A stretch of 64,000 nucleotides of DNA from an uncultured Gammaproteobacteria bacterium (GCA_964638415.1 CAZWYP010000001.1:53706-117705), one strand, 5' to 3'; shown: positions 9,590-22,362, counted from the stretch's first letter. The notes: generated by a model from the sequence alone, not told the origin. Translations and numbers: made by a program.

Positions 9590-10438
9590 TTAGGATGTCG
9601 ACACTGATTCAAGTTGTTTCTCAGAAGGGGCGACTTGTTTTTTTATTCTAGGGGGCTTTTTTCCTGCTAACCAATCAAGCAGAGAATATTCTTTAATTAG
9701 AGCAGAAGAAAAAATTGCCCAGAGAAAGAAAAAAACCTCGGAGAGCAGCAGGTAAACAAAGGAAGCGAACAAAGAGCCAGAAAGCAAGAGTAGAAAATTT
9801 ATCACTCCTTGCAGTATTCCAAGGAATAGCCCAGAGACAATTCCTGCCCAGAGATCAACAAAAGCAATTAAAACAAACCAACGCTTCGTTTTGAATGAGG
9901 ACCAGGTTGCGGACAAAACAAAACCAACCAGCCAACCAGCCAATAAATAGCTGTTAACAGGCACTTTATCTAACCAGACTGGCTGATTATTAAACCAGAC
10001 CAACATGGTTATACCTAGAGCAACACCGATGAGTCTAGCACCAACCAACTGATTCCAACGGTCTCCAGTAGAGTCTTTTTTCACCCAGTTTTCTTCCACA
10101 AAGCCATCTTTGATGAAGAAAATTGCTGAATCAGCGATGATAATGCCAGCCAGCAACAGAGTCCACCAAAAAGACAAAGAGAAGGGTAGGGTATAAATAG
10201 ATATGCCAGAAAAACCAACCACCCCACTTAGGCGGGGAAAGTCGGCAAACAGATCGGCAAAACCGTAAAAAAGAGCGAAAAATAAGGCCAAGCAGGAAGA
10301 TTGACGTAACCAGAGACGGAAGCCCGCTCCCATGATTTTTCTCCTAAAATAAAGAGGTGAATAGTACAAAAAGACGACAAAAGAATACTGCTTTTTCTTT
10401 TTTTTGTCAACAAAATAAGGTTTTTTTATTAAAAACAA
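9590..10438 (-). CDS. integral membrane protein, function unknown
   Basis: 282-aa ORF with 7-8 predicted hydrophobic helices. The true start may be the internal Met (MGAGFRLW...). No recognisable catalytic motif. Confidence 0.5.
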   Translation of the reverse strand: MFLIKKPYFVDKKKKKQYSFVVFLYYSPLYFRRKIMGAGFRLWLRQSSCLALFFALFYGFADLFADFPRLSGVVGFSGISIYTLPFSLSFWWTLLLAGIIIADSAIFFIKDGFVEENWVKKDSTGDRWNQLVGARLIGVALGITMLVWFNNQPVWLDKVPVNSYLLAGWLVGFVLSATWSSFKTKRWFVLIAFVDLWAGIVSGLFLGILQGVINFLLLLSGSLFASFVYLLLSEVFFFLWAIFSSALIKEYSLLDWLAGKKPPRIKKQVAPSEKQLESVSTS

Positions 10439-10809
10439 AGAGGTTTAATGCTGCATTGTGGATAACTTGTAGGTAAAACCATGATTTTGTTGATAATTTA
10501 GGCACTTTTGACAATAAATTTGACAAAACAAAAAAGCTGTATCTATTGTTTTTTGGCTAACACTAGAATAAATTATTAAAAAAACAAAGATTTTATCTTT
10601 TTTAATACCAACATCCTTGACATGAGTAGGTTTTTCTAGTAACATTTAAGCATGTTAATTTGGCGACTAACCCGAGTTTAGTCAATAAAAATTAGAAACT
10701 GACCTTGTTTTAGCAGAGGTGAGTTTATTTTTTGCCCTTATTTTTTATAAATTATAAAAAATTTTCCAAGTTAGAACACTTGGAAACTAAAAATTTAGTG
10801 TGAACTTCT

Positions 10810-13800
10810 ATGCCTCAAACAAAAGCTCTAACACGAGCTCGTAAATTTTTTACGCAAATAAAAGAAGCCATTCCTCTAACTGATTTAGTGGAGGTCCAGA
10901 AAAAATCCTATCACTGGTTTTTTAAGGAAGGCTTAAAAGAGTTGTTTGAAGAGGTTTCGCCGATTAGAGATTTTATCGGCCGTGATCTAGAGCTCCATTT
11001 GCTTGATTACTATTTGGATGAACCAAAATTCGACGAAGTAACCGCTAAAGCAAAAAATACCACCTTTGAAGCACCGTTACGGGTTAATGTTCGTTTATTG
11101 AATAAAAAGACTAACGAACTTAAGGAACAGGAAATTTATTTGGGAGATTTTCCGATTATGACTGATCGGGGAACTTTCATTATCAACGGCGTAGAGCGCG
11201 TGGTGGTTTCCCAGCTGATTAGATCGGCTGGTGTTTTCTTTACTTCTCAGAGCACCAGAGGCCGTAATTTTTACGGAGCCAAGATTATCCCTAATCGCGG
11301 AGCTTGGCTAGAAATTGAAACTGACGCCAATAATGTTATTTATGTAAAAATAGACCGTAAGCGCAAAGTGCCGGTCACGGCTTTATTGCGTGCTTTTGGT
11401 TATGGCGAAGACGAGCAGATTATTTCTTTATTTAAAGATGTTGATACCCACCCAGAAGCTAAATTCATCAAAGCCACTTTGGATAAAGACATCTCCCACA
11501 ATGAAGCTGAAGGTTTAAAAGAAGTTTATCGTCGTATTCGCCCAGGAGACTTGGCTACTGTAGATAATGCCCGCAGCTTAATTCATTCCATGTTTTTTAA
11601 CTTTGACCGTTATGACTTTGGCCGCGTTGGACGCTACAAGATTAATGCCCGCTTCAGTTTGGATTTGCCAAATAACAAAGAAACCAGAGTATTGCGCCGG
11701 GAGGATCTGGTTTTAGTAATTAAGGAAATTATCCGTTTGAATTTATCACAGGAAGAAGCTGATGATATCGATCACCTGGGTAATCGCCGAGTGAGAGCGG
11801 TTGGTGAATTAGTGCAGAATAAATTCCGTGTTGGCTTAGCTCGCATGGAGCGCATTGTTCGTGACCGCATGAGTACTTTGGATATTAATAGTGTAACCCC
11901 CAACCAACTAGTCAATGCTCGCCCGGTAATTGGTTCTATCAAGGAGTTTTTCATGAGCTCTCAATTATCCCAGTTCATGGACCAGGTTAATCCTTTGGCA
12001 GAGCTAGAGCACAAGCGCCGTTTGTCCGCAATGGGTCCAGGTGGCCTATCTCGAGAAAGAGCTGGTTTTGAGGTCAGAGATGTTCATCGTACTCACTATG
12101 GACGCATTTGTCCCATTGCCACTCCCGAAGGTCCAAACATCGGTTTGGTTGGTCACCTATCTTCCTATGCTCGCGTTAATGATTTTGGATTTATTGAAAC
12201 CCCCTTCCGCAGAGTTTTAAATAAAGTTGACAACGAACCTAAATATACCGAAGGAAAGATCGCTCGCCAGGAAATTGTTAATCCGCAAACTAAGGAAACC
12301 ATAGTCAAGGTTGGTGAAACCATTAGTTCCAGTCAAGCCAAAGAGCTTGCTAAAATCAAGGAGTTAACAACCGTTAATATTAAGCCACTGGTTACTAATG
12401 AGATTGTTTATTTTGATGCTTTTGATGAAGAAAAATATAACACCGCCGCGGCCACTGTGCCAATTACAGAAGACGGTTACTTTGTTAATGATTATGCGGA
12501 AATCAGGATTCGCGGTGCTGCTACTTTTGATAAGGTAGAAAAGATTGACTTGCTGGATGTGGCTCCTAACCAGATCATTAGCATTGCCACCTCACTAATT
12601 CCTTTCTTAGAACACGATGATGCGGTGCGCGCCTTAATGGGCACCAACATGCAACGGCAGGCGGTTTCTTTGATGCGTCCGCAAGCGCCCATTGTCGGTA
12701 CTGGTATTGAAGCTAGGGCAGCTCAAGACTCTGGTCAGGTGATTGTTGCAAAAGAGGAAGGAGAGGTGACTTATGTTGATGGTCGCCGAGTGGAAGTGAC
12801 TAATAAGAACGGTGAAGTAATGGCATACCACCTGCAGAAATTTATTCGTTCCAACACCTCCACCAGCATGAATCAGCACCCTATTGTCGACAAGGGCCAG
12901 AAAGTAAAAAAAGGCGATCCATTAGCCGATGGTGCTGCTACTGACCAAGGAGAATTAGCCTTAGGACAAAACATGCTAGTTGCTTACATGACCTGGGATG
13001 GTGGAAACTATGAAGACGCTGTTTTAATCTCGGAAAGAGTGGTTAGAGACGATGCTTATACTTCCATTAGCATTGAAGATTATTCCATTGATATTCGCGA
13101 CACCAAACTGGGACCGGAACAGATTACCAGAGACATTCCTAATATTAGCGAAGAGAAACTAAAAGATTTAGATGAAGAGGGAATTGTGCGCGTTGGCGCT
13201 AACGTTGGTTCTGGAGACATTTTGGTTGGCAAGATTACTCCTAAAGGTGAAACGGAATTGTCGGCTGAAGAAAAACTTTTGCGCGCTATTTTTGGTGAAA
13301 AAGCCAAAGATGTTCGTGACAGCTCTTTGTATCTTAAACATGGTGAATACGGAAAAGTTATTGATGTTAAGATTTTTTCCCGCGACAGCGGAGACAAATT
13401 GCCAGCCGGAGTTATTAAAACCGTGCAGGTAACTATTGCTCAGCTGCGCAAGGTGCAGGTAGGTGACAAAATGGCCGGCCGCCACGGCAACAAAGGTGTT
13501 ATCTCCAGAATAATTCCTGAGGCCGACATGCCATTTCTAGCCGATGGTACGCCAGTGGATATAATTTTAAATCCACTAGGCGTTATCTCCCGTATGAACT
13601 TGGGACAATTATTGGAAACTCATTTAGGCTTAGCCGCTAGAAGCTTGGGATACAAAGTTGCTAGTCCCGCTCTTAATGGCGTTACCGAAGAAACTATCCG
13701 TGAAGAATTAAACAAAGCTGGTTGGCCAGAAGACGGTAAGCTCCAGTTATATGATGGCCGCACCGGACAGCCTTTTGCTAATAAAACTACCGTTGGCGTG

Positions 13801-14247
13801 GCTTATATGCTGAAATTAAACCACTTAGTGGAAGATAAGATTCATCAGAGATCTATTGGCCCTTACTCTTTGGTTACCCAACAGCCTTTGGGCGGTAAAG
13901 CTCAATTCGGCGGACAGCGCTTTGGTGAAATGGAAGTCTGGGCTTTGGAAGCTTATGGCGCCTCCTCTACTTTGCAGGAAATTTTAACTATCAAATCAGA
14001 CGATGTTCCCGGTCGCTCCAAGGCTTATGAAGCGATTATTAAAGGTCAGGAGATTAATCGTCTAAATATTCCCGAGTCATTTAATGTTTTGGTCAGAGAA
14101 TTGAAAGGCTTGTGTTTGGAGGTAGAGCTGATCGGCAAGAGAGAAAAGAAAATAGAAGAAGTAGATGAAGCCACCGCCAGCGCTTTAAGAGAAGAAGCGC
14201 CAGTGGTAATTGATCAGTCGGAAACAACAGTTACTGAAGAGGAATAA
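10810..14247 (+). CDS. rpoB: DNA-directed RNA polymerase subunit beta
   Basis: 1145 aa with hallmark RpoB regions ([18 protein letters not shown]-like [27 protein letters not shown]). Confidence 0.98.
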   Translation: MPQTKALTRARKFFTQIKEAIPLTDLVEVQKKSYHWFFKEGLKELFEEVSPIRDFIGRDLELHLLDYYLDEPKFDEVTAKAKNTTFEAPLRVNVRLLNKKTNELKEQEIYLGDFPIMTDRGTFIINGVERVVVSQLIRSAGVFFTSQSTRGRNFYGAKIIPNRGAWLEIETDANNVIYVKIDRKRKVPVTALLRAFGYGEDEQIISLFKDVDTHPEAKFIKATLDKDISHNEAEGLKEVYRRIRPGDLATVDNARSLIHSMFFNFDRYDFGRVGRYKINARFSLDLPNNKETRVLRREDLVLVIKEIIRLNLSQEEADDIDHLGNRRVRAVGELVQNKFRVGLARMERIVRDRMSTLDINSVTPNQLVNARPVIGSIKEFFMSSQLSQFMDQVNPLAELEHKRRLSAMGPGGLSRERAGFEVRDVHRTHYGRICPIATPEGPNIGLVGHLSSYARVNDFGFIETPFRRVLNKVDNEPKYTEGKIARQEIVNPQTKETIVKVGETISSSQAKELAKIKELTTVNIKPLVTNEIVYFDAFDEEKYNTAAATVPITEDGYFVNDYAEIRIRGAATFDKVEKIDLLDVAPNQIISIATSLIPFLEHDDAVRALMGTNMQRQAVSLMRPQAPIVGTGIEARAAQDSGQVIVAKEEGEVTYVDGRRVEVTNKNGEVMAYHLQKFIRSNTSTSMNQHPIVDKGQKVKKGDPLADGAATDQGELALGQNMLVAYMTWDGGNYEDAVLISERVVRDDAYTSISIEDYSIDIRDTKLGPEQITRDIPNISEEKLKDLDEEGIVRVGANVGSGDILVGKITPKGETELSAEEKLLRAIFGEKAKDVRDSSLYLKHGEYGKVIDVKIFSRDSGDKLPAGVIKTVQVTIAQLRKVQVGDKMAGRHGNKGVISRIIPEADMPFLADGTPVDIILNPLGVISRMNLGQLLETHLGLAARSLGYKVASPALNGVTEETIREELNKAGWPEDGKLQLYDGRTGQPFANKTTVGVAYMLKLNHLVEDKIHQRSIGPYSLVTQQPLGGKAQFGGQRFGEMEVWALEAYGASSTLQEILTIKSDDVPGRSKAYEAIIKGQEINRLNIPESFNVLVRELKGLCLEVELIGKREKKIEEVDEATASALREEAPVVIDQSETTVTEEE

Positions 14248-14274
14248 TTAATTAAAATAATTATTTAAAATATT

Positions 14275-17200
14275 ATGCCAACCCCATCTTCAACCAAAAC
14301 CACTTTCATGATTCCGGAACAGAGTACCATTCTTGAGTTTGATGCTATCAAGCTAAAGTTAGCTTCGCCGGAGGAAATCCATGAGTGGTCCCACGGAGAA
14401 GTAGTTAAGCCGGAAACCATTAATTACCGCACCCAAAAGCCGGAAAAGGACGGTTTATTCTGCGAAAAGATTTTTGGACCATCCAAGGATTGGGAGTGTT
14501 ATTGTGGTAAATATAAGCGCATTCGCTATAAAGGAATTGTCTGCGATAAGTGTGGTGTGGAAGTTACCCGCTCTTTAGTCAGACGCGAGCGCATGGGACA
14601 TATTGACCTGGCTACCCCAGTTTCCCACATTTGGTTTTTGCGTGGCATTCCTTCCAAGATCGGTTTAGTGCTGGACTTAGGTGTGCAGGCTTTGGAAAAA
14701 GTAATTTATTTTGCTTCTTTTGTTGTGACGGATGTTGATGAGGATGCTCGCCGGGAAACCACCGAACAGATTAAGAATGAGCTCAAGACCAAACGCAAGC
14801 AGATTGACAATGAGTTCAATCAGCGCACACAGGAGATTAATAATCGCAAGGCTAAAATGCTAGCGTCTGGAGAGACTAAGGCCAAAACAGAAAAAAAGAT
14901 AGAGCAAGAGCTTATTGATCTTAATGTTGCTAAAATAGACAAACTGAAAACCTTAGAAGAAGCAGCAGAAACTGCGTTAAAAGAATTACGAGAGCTGCAT
15001 CCATTAATGATTATTTCAGAGAATAAATATCAAGAATTATCTTTGCGCTATGGTCATGTTTTTGAGGCTGGTATTGGTGCTCAAGCAGTTAGGGAATTAT
15101 TAAAGAGAATTGATCTAAAAGCCCTATCTAAAGACTTGGATGAAGAAATCAGCAAGGCCATTCCATCTAAGCAGAAGAAACTAATACGTCGTTCCCGGCT
15201 AATTAAAAGTTTATTAGCCAATAAGATTCGTCCGGAGTGGATGATTCTAACCGCCATTCCAGTTATTCCACCGGATTTGCGGCCAATGGTTCAATTGGAC
15301 GGCGGACGCTTTGCCTCCTCTGATCTTAATGATTTATACCGTCGGGTTATTAACCGCAACAACCGTTTAAAGAGACTAAAAGAGCTTAATGCTCCGGAAG
15401 TTATTCAGCGCAATGAAAAACGCATGTTGCAGGAAGCAGTCGATGCTTTAGTTGATAACAACGCCCGCCACGGAAAAACCACTACCTCATCTACCGGCCA
15501 GAAGCGCATGCTAAAGAGTATTGCCGATATGTTAAAAGGCAAGCAGGGAAGATTCCGTCAGAATTTGTTGGGAAAACGCGTTGACTATTCCGGCCGTTCA
15601 GTCATTGTCGTTGGTCCTCGTTTGAAGTTAAGCCAATGTGGCTTGCCCAAGACCATGGCCTTAGAGCTTTTCCGCCCCTTTGTTATTTCCCGTTTAATCA
15701 AGGCGGAATTAGTGCATAATGTGCGCTCTGCTAACCGGTATATTGAAGCTGGTCACCCGGAGGTTTGGGATATTTTGGAAGATATTATTAAGGATGCTCA
15801 TGTATTGTTAAATCGCGCTCCTACTTTGCACCGCTTGGGAATCCAAGCTTTTCAGCCAAAACTAATTGAAGGCAAGGCTATTCAATTACATCCTTTGGTT
15901 TGTACCGCTTTTAACGCTGACTTTGACGGTGACCAGATGGCAGTACATGTGCCACTGACTGAAGAGGCGAAGTATGAAGCCAGAGAGATTATGTTGTCCA
16001 GCAAGAACCTTTTGAAGCCGGCTACTGGCGATCCAGTGGTGGTGCCCAACCAGGACATTGTCTGGGGCTCATACTACCTGACCTTTATTAAAAAAGAAGA
16101 GACGGTTAAAAAGTATTTTGCCAATGAAGATGAAGCAGAAAAAGCCCTGGCCTTAGGTTTAGTGGGCTTGCAGGACCTGGTTAAAGTCAGAGTAGCCAGA
16201 GCGGATCATCAAATCATTGAAACTTCCATTGGTCGTATTTTATTCAACAAGGAATTGCCGGAAGAAATTAAGTTTATTAATAAAACTTTAGACAAAAAAG
16301 AATTGAAAGAAATTGTGGCGGAAATTTTCCGTAGCTTATCTCGGGAAACTACGGTAGAAGTTTTGGATAAAATTAAAGACATCGCCTTCAAGCACATCAC
16401 TGAATCCGGATTGTCTTGGGGCATGGACGATATTCCTAAGCTGAAAACTAAAAAAGAATTAATCACCGAAGGCGAGCGCCGAGTGGAAGAAATTAAAGAT
16501 CAATATAACAATGGTTTATTAACTAATAACGAACGCCGCATTAAGGTAATTGAAGTCTGGACAGATATTAAAAACAAGATCAGCGAACAGAGTCAAAAAG
16601 TCTTCGATCCTAATAGTTCCATTGCTGGTATTATTAATTCTGGCGCCAGAGGATCATGGTCCCAGATGATTCAGATTATGGGTTTGAAAGGCTTGGTAAT
16701 TAACCCAGCCGGTGATGTTATTGAATTGCCAGTCAAGGCTAATTTCCAAGAAGGTTTGGATGTTTTGGAATATTTCATCTCCACTCACGGTACCCGCAAA
16801 GGCTTGTCAGATACCGCTTTGCGTACTGCGTCCGCCGGCTACCTAACCAGACGTTTGGTAGATGTGGCTCAAGACTTGGTGGTATTAGAAGAAGATTGTA
16901 AGGATGATGAAGGTTTGGTTTTAACCAAGTCTGAAGCTAAAGAAGTTGGTGAAAGCTTAGGCCAAAGAGGCCATGGCCGCTATTTAGCTGAAGGAATAAC
17001 CGATCCTAAAACTAAGAAGGTAGTTATTAAAAAAGGAACTCTAATTGACCAGCAATTAGCTCAAGAGATAGACAAAATTAATCCGGAGCAGATTAAGATA
17101 AGGTCAGCTTTGACCTGCCGCTCTATCCGCGGAGTCTGCCAGAAATGCTATGGCTATGATTTGGGATATAATGAGTTGGTTCGCTTAGGTACAGCCGTCG

Positions 17201-18162
17201 GCGTGGTAGCTGCTCAAAGTATTGGTGAGCCGGGCACGCAGCTGACCATGAGAACCTTCCACGTTGGTGGTGTGGCGGAAGGAGATATTACTCAAGGTTT
17301 ACCACGAGTAGAAGAATTATTTGAAGCTCGGCCGCCTAAGAAGAAAGCAATTTTGGCGCCAGCCGATGGTATTGTAGAAATACCAGGCCTGGAAACCTTG
17401 GTCAGTAGAGACAATAGAATTATTAAGATTAAGACTCAAGATGCTAAGGTGGAAGAGTATGAATTAGAAGAAACAGCTCAGCTCAAGGTCAAGGACGGGG
17501 AAGAGGTTAAGCGCGAACAAGTTTTATTCTCAGTCAGTCAGAAAGAAGTCCGTACTAATTTAGGAGGAATAGTTAAGATTAATGGAAACAAATTAACAGT
17601 TGCCTGCAAAGCCGGAGAAGAGATTGAAGTGATTATTCCTGCTGGCTACAATCTTTGGGTTAAAGACAAAGACATGGTGGTTGAAGGACAGACTTTAACT
17701 GAAGGCAGTATTGATTTACAGGAGCTCTATCATCACCAAGGAAGATTAGCCACTCAAAGATATATTATTTCTGAGATTAAAAGAATTTACTCTTCTCAAG
17801 GACAGCACTTGGATGACAAGCACGTGGAACTTATTGTCCGGCAAATGTTCTCCCGCATTTTGGTGCATGAAGTAGGAGACACTGAACTATTGCCAGGAGA
17901 AATTGTTACCAGCACCCAGATTCAGGAAGCTAATTTGAAAGTAAAAAATAAGAAAGCTTCAGGTGAAACCCTCTTATTAGGAATTACCAAAGCCTCACTT
18001 ACTTCCGACTCTTTCTTATCAGCTGCTTCCTTCCAAGAAACTGCCAGGGTATTAATTGATGCGGCAATTACCGGACGAATAGACCACTTGCGCGGCTTGA
18101 AAGAAAATGTAATTATTGGACGCAAGATCCCAGCTGGTACTGGCTACGAGAGTAAAAAATAA
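14275..18162 (+). CDS. rpoC: DNA-directed RNA polymerase subunit beta'
   Basis: 1295 aa. Zn-finger [20 protein letters not shown], catalytic NADFDGDQM, and trigger loop/bridge helix regions. Confidence 0.98.
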   Translation: MPTPSSTKTTFMIPEQSTILEFDAIKLKLASPEEIHEWSHGEVVKPETINYRTQKPEKDGLFCEKIFGPSKDWECYCGKYKRIRYKGIVCDKCGVEVTRSLVRRERMGHIDLATPVSHIWFLRGIPSKIGLVLDLGVQALEKVIYFASFVVTDVDEDARRETTEQIKNELKTKRKQIDNEFNQRTQEINNRKAKMLASGETKAKTEKKIEQELIDLNVAKIDKLKTLEEAAETALKELRELHPLMIISENKYQELSLRYGHVFEAGIGAQAVRELLKRIDLKALSKDLDEEISKAIPSKQKKLIRRSRLIKSLLANKIRPEWMILTAIPVIPPDLRPMVQLDGGRFASSDLNDLYRRVINRNNRLKRLKELNAPEVIQRNEKRMLQEAVDALVDNNARHGKTTTSSTGQKRMLKSIADMLKGKQGRFRQNLLGKRVDYSGRSVIVVGPRLKLSQCGLPKTMALELFRPFVISRLIKAELVHNVRSANRYIEAGHPEVWDILEDIIKDAHVLLNRAPTLHRLGIQAFQPKLIEGKAIQLHPLVCTAFNADFDGDQMAVHVPLTEEAKYEAREIMLSSKNLLKPATGDPVVVPNQDIVWGSYYLTFIKKEETVKKYFANEDEAEKALALGLVGLQDLVKVRVARADHQIIETSIGRILFNKELPEEIKFINKTLDKKELKEIVAEIFRSLSRETTVEVLDKIKDIAFKHITESGLSWGMDDIPKLKTKKELITEGERRVEEIKDQYNNGLLTNNERRIKVIEVWTDIKNKISEQSQKVFDPNSSIAGIINSGARGSWSQMIQIMGLKGLVINPAGDVIELPVKANFQEGLDVLEYFISTHGTRKGLSDTALRTASAGYLTRRLVDVAQDLVVLEEDCKDDEGLVLTKSEAKEVGESLGQRGHGRYLAEGITDPKTKKVVIKKGTLIDQQLAQEIDKINPEQIKIRSALTCRSIRGVCQKCYGYDLGYNELVRLGTAVGVVAAQSIGEPGTQLTMRTFHVGGVAEGDITQGLPRVEELFEARPPKKKAILAPADGIVEIPGLETLVSRDNRIIKIKTQDAKVEEYELEETAQLKVKDGEEVKREQVLFSVSQKEVRTNLGGIVKINGNKLTVACKAGEEIEVIIPAGYNLWVKDKDMVVEGQTLTEGSIDLQELYHHQGRLATQRYIISEIKRIYSSQGQHLDDKHVELIVRQMFSRILVHEVGDTELLPGEIVTSTQIQEANLKVKNKKASGETLLLGITKASLTSDSFLSAASFQETARVLIDAAITGRIDHLRGLKENVIIGRKIPAGTGYESKK

Positions 18163-18174
18163 AAGTAAGTTAAA

Positions 18175-18201
18175 AACAGCCCAATTAATGGGCTGTTTTT
18201 G
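18175..18201 (+). terminator. rho-independent terminator after rpoC
   Basis: Hairpin AACAGCCC-aattaat-GGGCTGTT followed by a T-run. Confidence 0.75.
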
Positions 18202-18255
18202 TAATTAACCAGGCAATTAAACAAGCTGTTTTTAGGTTTTATTTTTACTAGAAAT

Positions 18256-20616
18256 ATGCTAAAATACAATATATTATTTAAGAATATGGCCAGACGTCGT
18301 CGAACAAAAGATTATTCCAATCGCTTACTTGAAGCTGATAATAACTGGACAGTTAATCCGGAAACCAAAAAAGCGATTGCCATTGTTTTTATTTTTTTAT
18401 TGGCTTTTTTGGGAATATTGTCAATGTTTGATTTAGCCGGAACTTTTGGCAGTGTTTTGCGGATGGCCTTAGGTTATGCTTTCGGCTGGGGTGACTGGAT
18501 ATTTTTGCTTATTTTATTAGCCCTAGGCTACATTCTATTAAACAGCGATCGCTACCAAGTTAGATTTACTAATTATTTAGGACTACTGTTGTTTATTATT
18601 GGCTACTCGGGAATTTTTAATTTCTTTGTCACTAGATTAAATTATGATGAGATAGTAGATTTAGCTACAGGCGGTGGTGCTTTAGGATTTTTAATTGGAC
18701 AATTAACCAACCAATTTTTAGGTTTCTGGGGATCGCTGGTTATTTTACTGGCTATGGTAGTGGTGGGTGTTTTGTTAGGATTTAATACTTCATTCCGCAG
18801 CCTTGTTGACCGGGCTAAAGCCGCCGGTATTTTGAAAGAAAAGTTATTGCCGGTTATTGATGATGAAGAAGAAGAGCAAACCGCTGAATTTGTCGATGAA
18901 GAATTATTACAATCCGAAGAGGAAACCCCAACTGAAGAGGAGATGGCAGCAGATAGCGAGGAAGATGAAAAGTCTGAAGAAGTAAAAATCAACCAACCAA
19001 AAGAAAGAAAACAAACTGCTACTATTACCCGTCATCGCTTAAGAAAATTAGATATCCCTATTAACATTTTGACCTTTTCTCATTCCAAACCAGCTTCCGG
19101 AGACATTAATGCTAATATGGTAAAGATTAAAAAGACGTTGGAAAATTTTGGCATTGAAGTCGCTATGGGAGAGGTTAATGTTGGACCGACAGTCACCCAA
19201 TACACTTTGCGTCCAGCAGAAGGTGTTAAACTATCTCAGATTTTAACTCTACAAAATGACTTGGCCTTAGCTTTAGCTGCACACCCTCTGCGCATTGAAG
19301 CTCCGATTCCCGGCAAGTCTTTGGTAGGTATCGAAGTTCCCAACCAGGTGGTATCCACAGTAAAATTGAGAGAAGTTTTAGAAGATGAGGTATTTACCAA
19401 AAGAAAAAGCAATTTGCAGATTTCTTTGGGTAAGGACGTGGCTGGTTCTGCAAAGATGGCTAATTTAGGCAATATGCCGCACTTATTGATTGCCGGCGCT
19501 ACAGGTTCTGGCAAGTCAGTTTGTATTAATAATGTTATTCTCAGTCTGATGTACCAGAATTCTCCGGATGAGCTGAAGTTTATTTTAATCGATCCTAAGC
19601 GTGTGGAACTCTCCGTTTATAATAACATGCCTTACTTACTAACCCCAGTGATTAATGATATTGATAAAACCATCAACGCTTTGCGTTGGGCGGTTAAAGA
19701 AATGGATGAACGGTATAAGTTATTGCAAGCAGCCGGCAAGCGTAATATTGCTGCTTACAACAAAGCGGTAATTGTCAACAAGCTTCCTTATATTGTTGTG
19801 GTGATTGACGAATTAGCTGATTTAATGCAGGTAGCAGCTAAAGAAGTAGAGGCGGCAATCATCCGTTTAGCGCAAATGGCCAGAGCAGTGGGCATCCACT
19901 TAGTCTTAGCCACTCAGCGCCCTTCGGTTAACGTAATTACCGGCTTAATTAAAGCTAATATCACTTCCCGTATTGCTTTTGCGGTGGCTTCTAGTATGGA
20001 TTCCCGCACCATTATTGATGCCGCCGGCGCGGAAAAACTATTAGGTAAAGGAGATATGTTATTTATGACCGCGGAACTATCCAAGCCGCGTCGTATTCAG
20101 GGTGCTTATGTTTCTGATGAAGAAATTCAGGGAGTAGCAGACTTTGTTAAAGGCAAAGCCGAACCGGAGTATAAGGATGAGATTGTAGAAAAAACTGGAT
20201 CGGCTTTAGTGGGTGGAGGTTTTTCTGGCGGGGACAGCTTTGATGATGATTTGGCTATGGAGGCTAAAGAGATAGTAATTAAGGCTGGTAAGGCTTCTGC
20301 TACCTTGTTACAGCGCCGTTTGCGCGTTGGTTATGCTCGGGCCGCTCGCCTGTTAGATATTTTGGAAGAAATGGGAGTAGTTGGTCCAGCAGAAGGAGCA
20401 AAACCCAGAGAGGTTTTAATCACCCAGGATGATTTAGAAGAGAATTTTTCCAGCAGCTTAGATGAGGAAGAAGTAGAGGAAGTTCTAGATGACGAAAATT
20501 TTTCAGAGGAAGCGGAGGAGACTTACCAGGAAGAAGCAGAGCAGCCAGAAGAAGATAATAAAGAAGAGATGGACAAAAATGAAAAACCCTACTTTACCGA
20601 CGAGGAAGATAAGTAA
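18256..20616 (+). CDS. ftsK: DNA translocase FtsK/SpoIIIE
   Basis: N-terminal TM helices, an acidic linker, a motor domain with Walker A (GATGSGKS) and Walker B (VVIDELAD), and a gamma winged-helix (LLQRRLRVGYARAARLLDILEEMG). Alternative start at 18286. Ends in an unusually acidic tail. Confidence 0.92.
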   Translation: MLKYNILFKNMARRRRTKDYSNRLLEADNNWTVNPETKKAIAIVFIFLLAFLGILSMFDLAGTFGSVLRMALGYAFGWGDWIFLLILLALGYILLNSDRYQVRFTNYLGLLLFIIGYSGIFNFFVTRLNYDEIVDLATGGGALGFLIGQLTNQFLGFWGSLVILLAMVVVGVLLGFNTSFRSLVDRAKAAGILKEKLLPVIDDEEEEQTAEFVDEELLQSEEETPTEEEMAADSEEDEKSEEVKINQPKERKQTATITRHRLRKLDIPINILTFSHSKPASGDINANMVKIKKTLENFGIEVAMGEVNVGPTVTQYTLRPAEGVKLSQILTLQNDLALALAAHPLRIEAPIPGKSLVGIEVPNQVVSTVKLREVLEDEVFTKRKSNLQISLGKDVAGSAKMANLGNMPHLLIAGATGSGKSVCINNVILSLMYQNSPDELKFILIDPKRVELSVYNNMPYLLTPVINDIDKTINALRWAVKEMDERYKLLQAAGKRNIAAYNKAVIVNKLPYIVVVIDELADLMQVAAKEVEAAIIRLAQMARAVGIHLVLATQRPSVNVITGLIKANITSRIAFAVASSMDSRTIIDAAGAEKLLGKGDMLFMTAELSKPRRIQGAYVSDEEIQGVADFVKGKAEPEYKDEIVEKTGSALVGGGFSGGDSFDDDLAMEAKEIVIKAGKASATLLQRRLRVGYARAARLLDILEEMGVVGPAEGAKPREVLITQDDLEENFSSSLDEEEVEEVLDDENFSEEAEETYQEEAEQPEEDNKEEMDKNEKPYFTDEEDK

Positions 20617-20618
20617 TT

Positions 20619-21287
20619 ATGGCCAACTTTCAACGCAAGAGTATTAGCCAGGGTCAAACTTTATCTGAGAAGCTAAAGCAAGCCAGGCTAGAAAAAAAAT
20701 TAAGCATTACCGAATTATCTCACCAAACCAAAATCCAAGTTAAATACCTGGAGTTATTAGAAAACGGAGATTATGCTAATCTGCCGGGTGATGTTTATGT
20801 TAAAACTTGGATTAAAATTTATGCTCAAACAGTTGGTTTACCGCCCCATGAATTATTAAGTGAGTATAAATTGGAAAAACAAATAGGCGTTAAGAATAAA
20901 ACCAAAGTCAAGACAAAAAAATTGACCTGGCAGGAAATTTTAAAACCAAAAGTGATGCGTTGGATATTAATTATTACTATTGCTCTGTCATTTTTGGGAT
21001 ATTTAGCGTGGGAAATTAATGATACAATCTCGCCTCCGGAAATTATCATTACTCAGCCGGTTAATAATTATAAAACTCTAGACAGCAGTGTTTTGGTAGT
21101 CGGTCAGACCCTGCCAGAAGTGCAATTAAAGATTAATAATGAAATTGTTCTTTTGGATGAGCAGGGAAAATTCAGCCAAAACGTTAATTTAGCCACCGGC
21201 TTGAATAATTTAGAGATAAGTGCTAAAAAGAAGCATAGCAAGACCAATACAATTACTTTGGTTATTTTGCGAGAAACAATAGAATAA
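20619..21287 (+). CDS. RodZ-like HTH membrane protein (XRE-type HTH + single TM + DUF4115-like C-terminal domain)
   Basis: N-terminal HTH (LSEKLKQARLEKKLSITELSHQTKIQVKYLELLENGDYANLPG), a central TM segment (WILIITIALSFLGYLAW), and an extracytoplasmic C-terminal domain. Confidence 0.65.
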   Translation: MANFQRKSISQGQTLSEKLKQARLEKKLSITELSHQTKIQVKYLELLENGDYANLPGDVYVKTWIKIYAQTVGLPPHELLSEYKLEKQIGVKNKTKVKTKKLTWQEILKPKVMRWILIITIALSFLGYLAWEINDTISPPEIIITQPVNNYKTLDSSVLVVGQTLPEVQLKINNEIVLLDEQGKFSQNVNLATGLNNLEISAKKKHSKTNTITLVILRETIE

Positions 21288-21338
21288 TAATTAAAGCAAG
21301 CCAGATACAGGCAGTTTGCTAGAAGAAAGAAAAATATT

Positions 21339-22349
21339 ATGGCAGATAAAAAAGCTTTGGAAAATATCAAGCCCCAGGCGCTTAATGCGATTGAGCAGAT
21401 CCGTAGCCGCTTCGGCGAAGGAGCGATTATGAAGCTTGGCGAAGCTAAAGCTATGAATGTGGAAGCAGTTTCCACTGGTTGCTTGTCTCTGGACATGGCT
21501 TTAGGAGTCGGCGGCTTGCCTAAAGGCAGAATTGTGGAAATATACGGACCGGAAGCCTCCGGTAAAACCACCTTAGCTCAGCACGTCGTTGCTGAAGTGC
21601 AGAAATTGGGCGGCACCGCTGCCTTTGTTGATGCAGAGCATGCTCTAGATCCGGAATATGCCAAAAGGATTGGCGTTAAAGTGGATGATTTACTTATTTC
21701 CCAGCCGGATACCGGCGAGCAAGCTTTGGAAATAGTAGAAACCCTGGTTCGCTCTGGCGGCGTAGATGTGGTCGTAATAGACTCGGTGGCGGCCTTGGTT
21801 CCTAAGGCGGAAATTGAGGGAGACATGGGCGATTCGCATATGGGCTTACAAGCCCGCTTAATGAGTCAGGCTTTGAGGAAGCTGGCTGGCATTGTCCACA
21901 AAAGCAACACCATTGTGGTATTTATTAACCAAATCCGCATGAAGATTGGCGTATTTTTTGGGAATCCAGAAACTACCACCGGCGGCAATGCTTTAAAGTT
22001 TTATTCCTCAGTCAGAATTGAGGTTCGCCGAGCAGCGCAAATTAAACAAGGAGAGAAAATTATTGGCAACCAAGTAAAAGCCAAGGTAGTGAAGAATAAG
22101 GTAGCAGCGCCTTTTAAATCTGCCGTATTTGACATCATGTACAATGAAGGGATTTCCGTTTCCGGCAATGTTTTGGATACTGCATTGGCTTTTGGCGTAG
22201 TAACCAAGTCTGGAAACAGCTACAGTTATGGTGATGTTAAACTGGGAGTCGGCCGAGAAAATGCTAAGCAGTATTTAAGAGAAAACCCTAAACTGATCAC
22301 GGAGATCAAGAAGAGAACTTGGCAGGAGTATAAAGCTAAAGAGGAATAA
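21339..22349 (+). CDS. recA: recombinase RecA
   Basis: Walker A (GPEASGKTT), the L1/L2 loop region, and canonical RecA length (336 aa). Confidence 0.98.
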   Translation: MADKKALENIKPQALNAIEQIRSRFGEGAIMKLGEAKAMNVEAVSTGCLSLDMALGVGGLPKGRIVEIYGPEASGKTTLAQHVVAEVQKLGGTAAFVDAEHALDPEYAKRIGVKVDDLLISQPDTGEQALEIVETLVRSGGVDVVVIDSVAALVPKAEIEGDMGDSHMGLQARLMSQALRKLAGIVHKSNTIVVFINQIRMKIGVFFGNPETTTGGNALKFYSSVRIEVRRAAQIKQGEKIIGNQVKAKVVKNKVAAPFKSAVFDIMYNEGISVSGNVLDTALAFGVVTKSGNSYSYGDVKLGVGRENAKQYLRENPKLITEIKKRTWQEYKAKEE

Positions 22350-22362
22350 ATTAATTAAAGAC

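Noticed and set aside
10445-10645. 66-aa ORF in the rpoB upstream spacer
   Set aside because: It lies in very AT-rich DNA that looks like promoter/leader sequence. No RBS and no motif.
11772-19514. Multiple 60-116 aa ORFs antisense or out of frame within rpoB, rpoC and ftsK (e.g. 11772..11954, 12492..12879, 13080..13485, 16209..16466, 17922..18125, 18642..18992, 19236..19514)
   Set aside because: They are fully embedded in long, confidently identified genes. Their translations are low-complexity or Ser/Cys-rich with no motifs. This is typical of spurious frames.
21104-21571. 155-aa minus-strand ORF spanning the RodZ-like/recA junction
   Set aside because: It overlaps two well-supported plus-strand genes, including the conserved RecA N-terminus. 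The translation is low-complexity.
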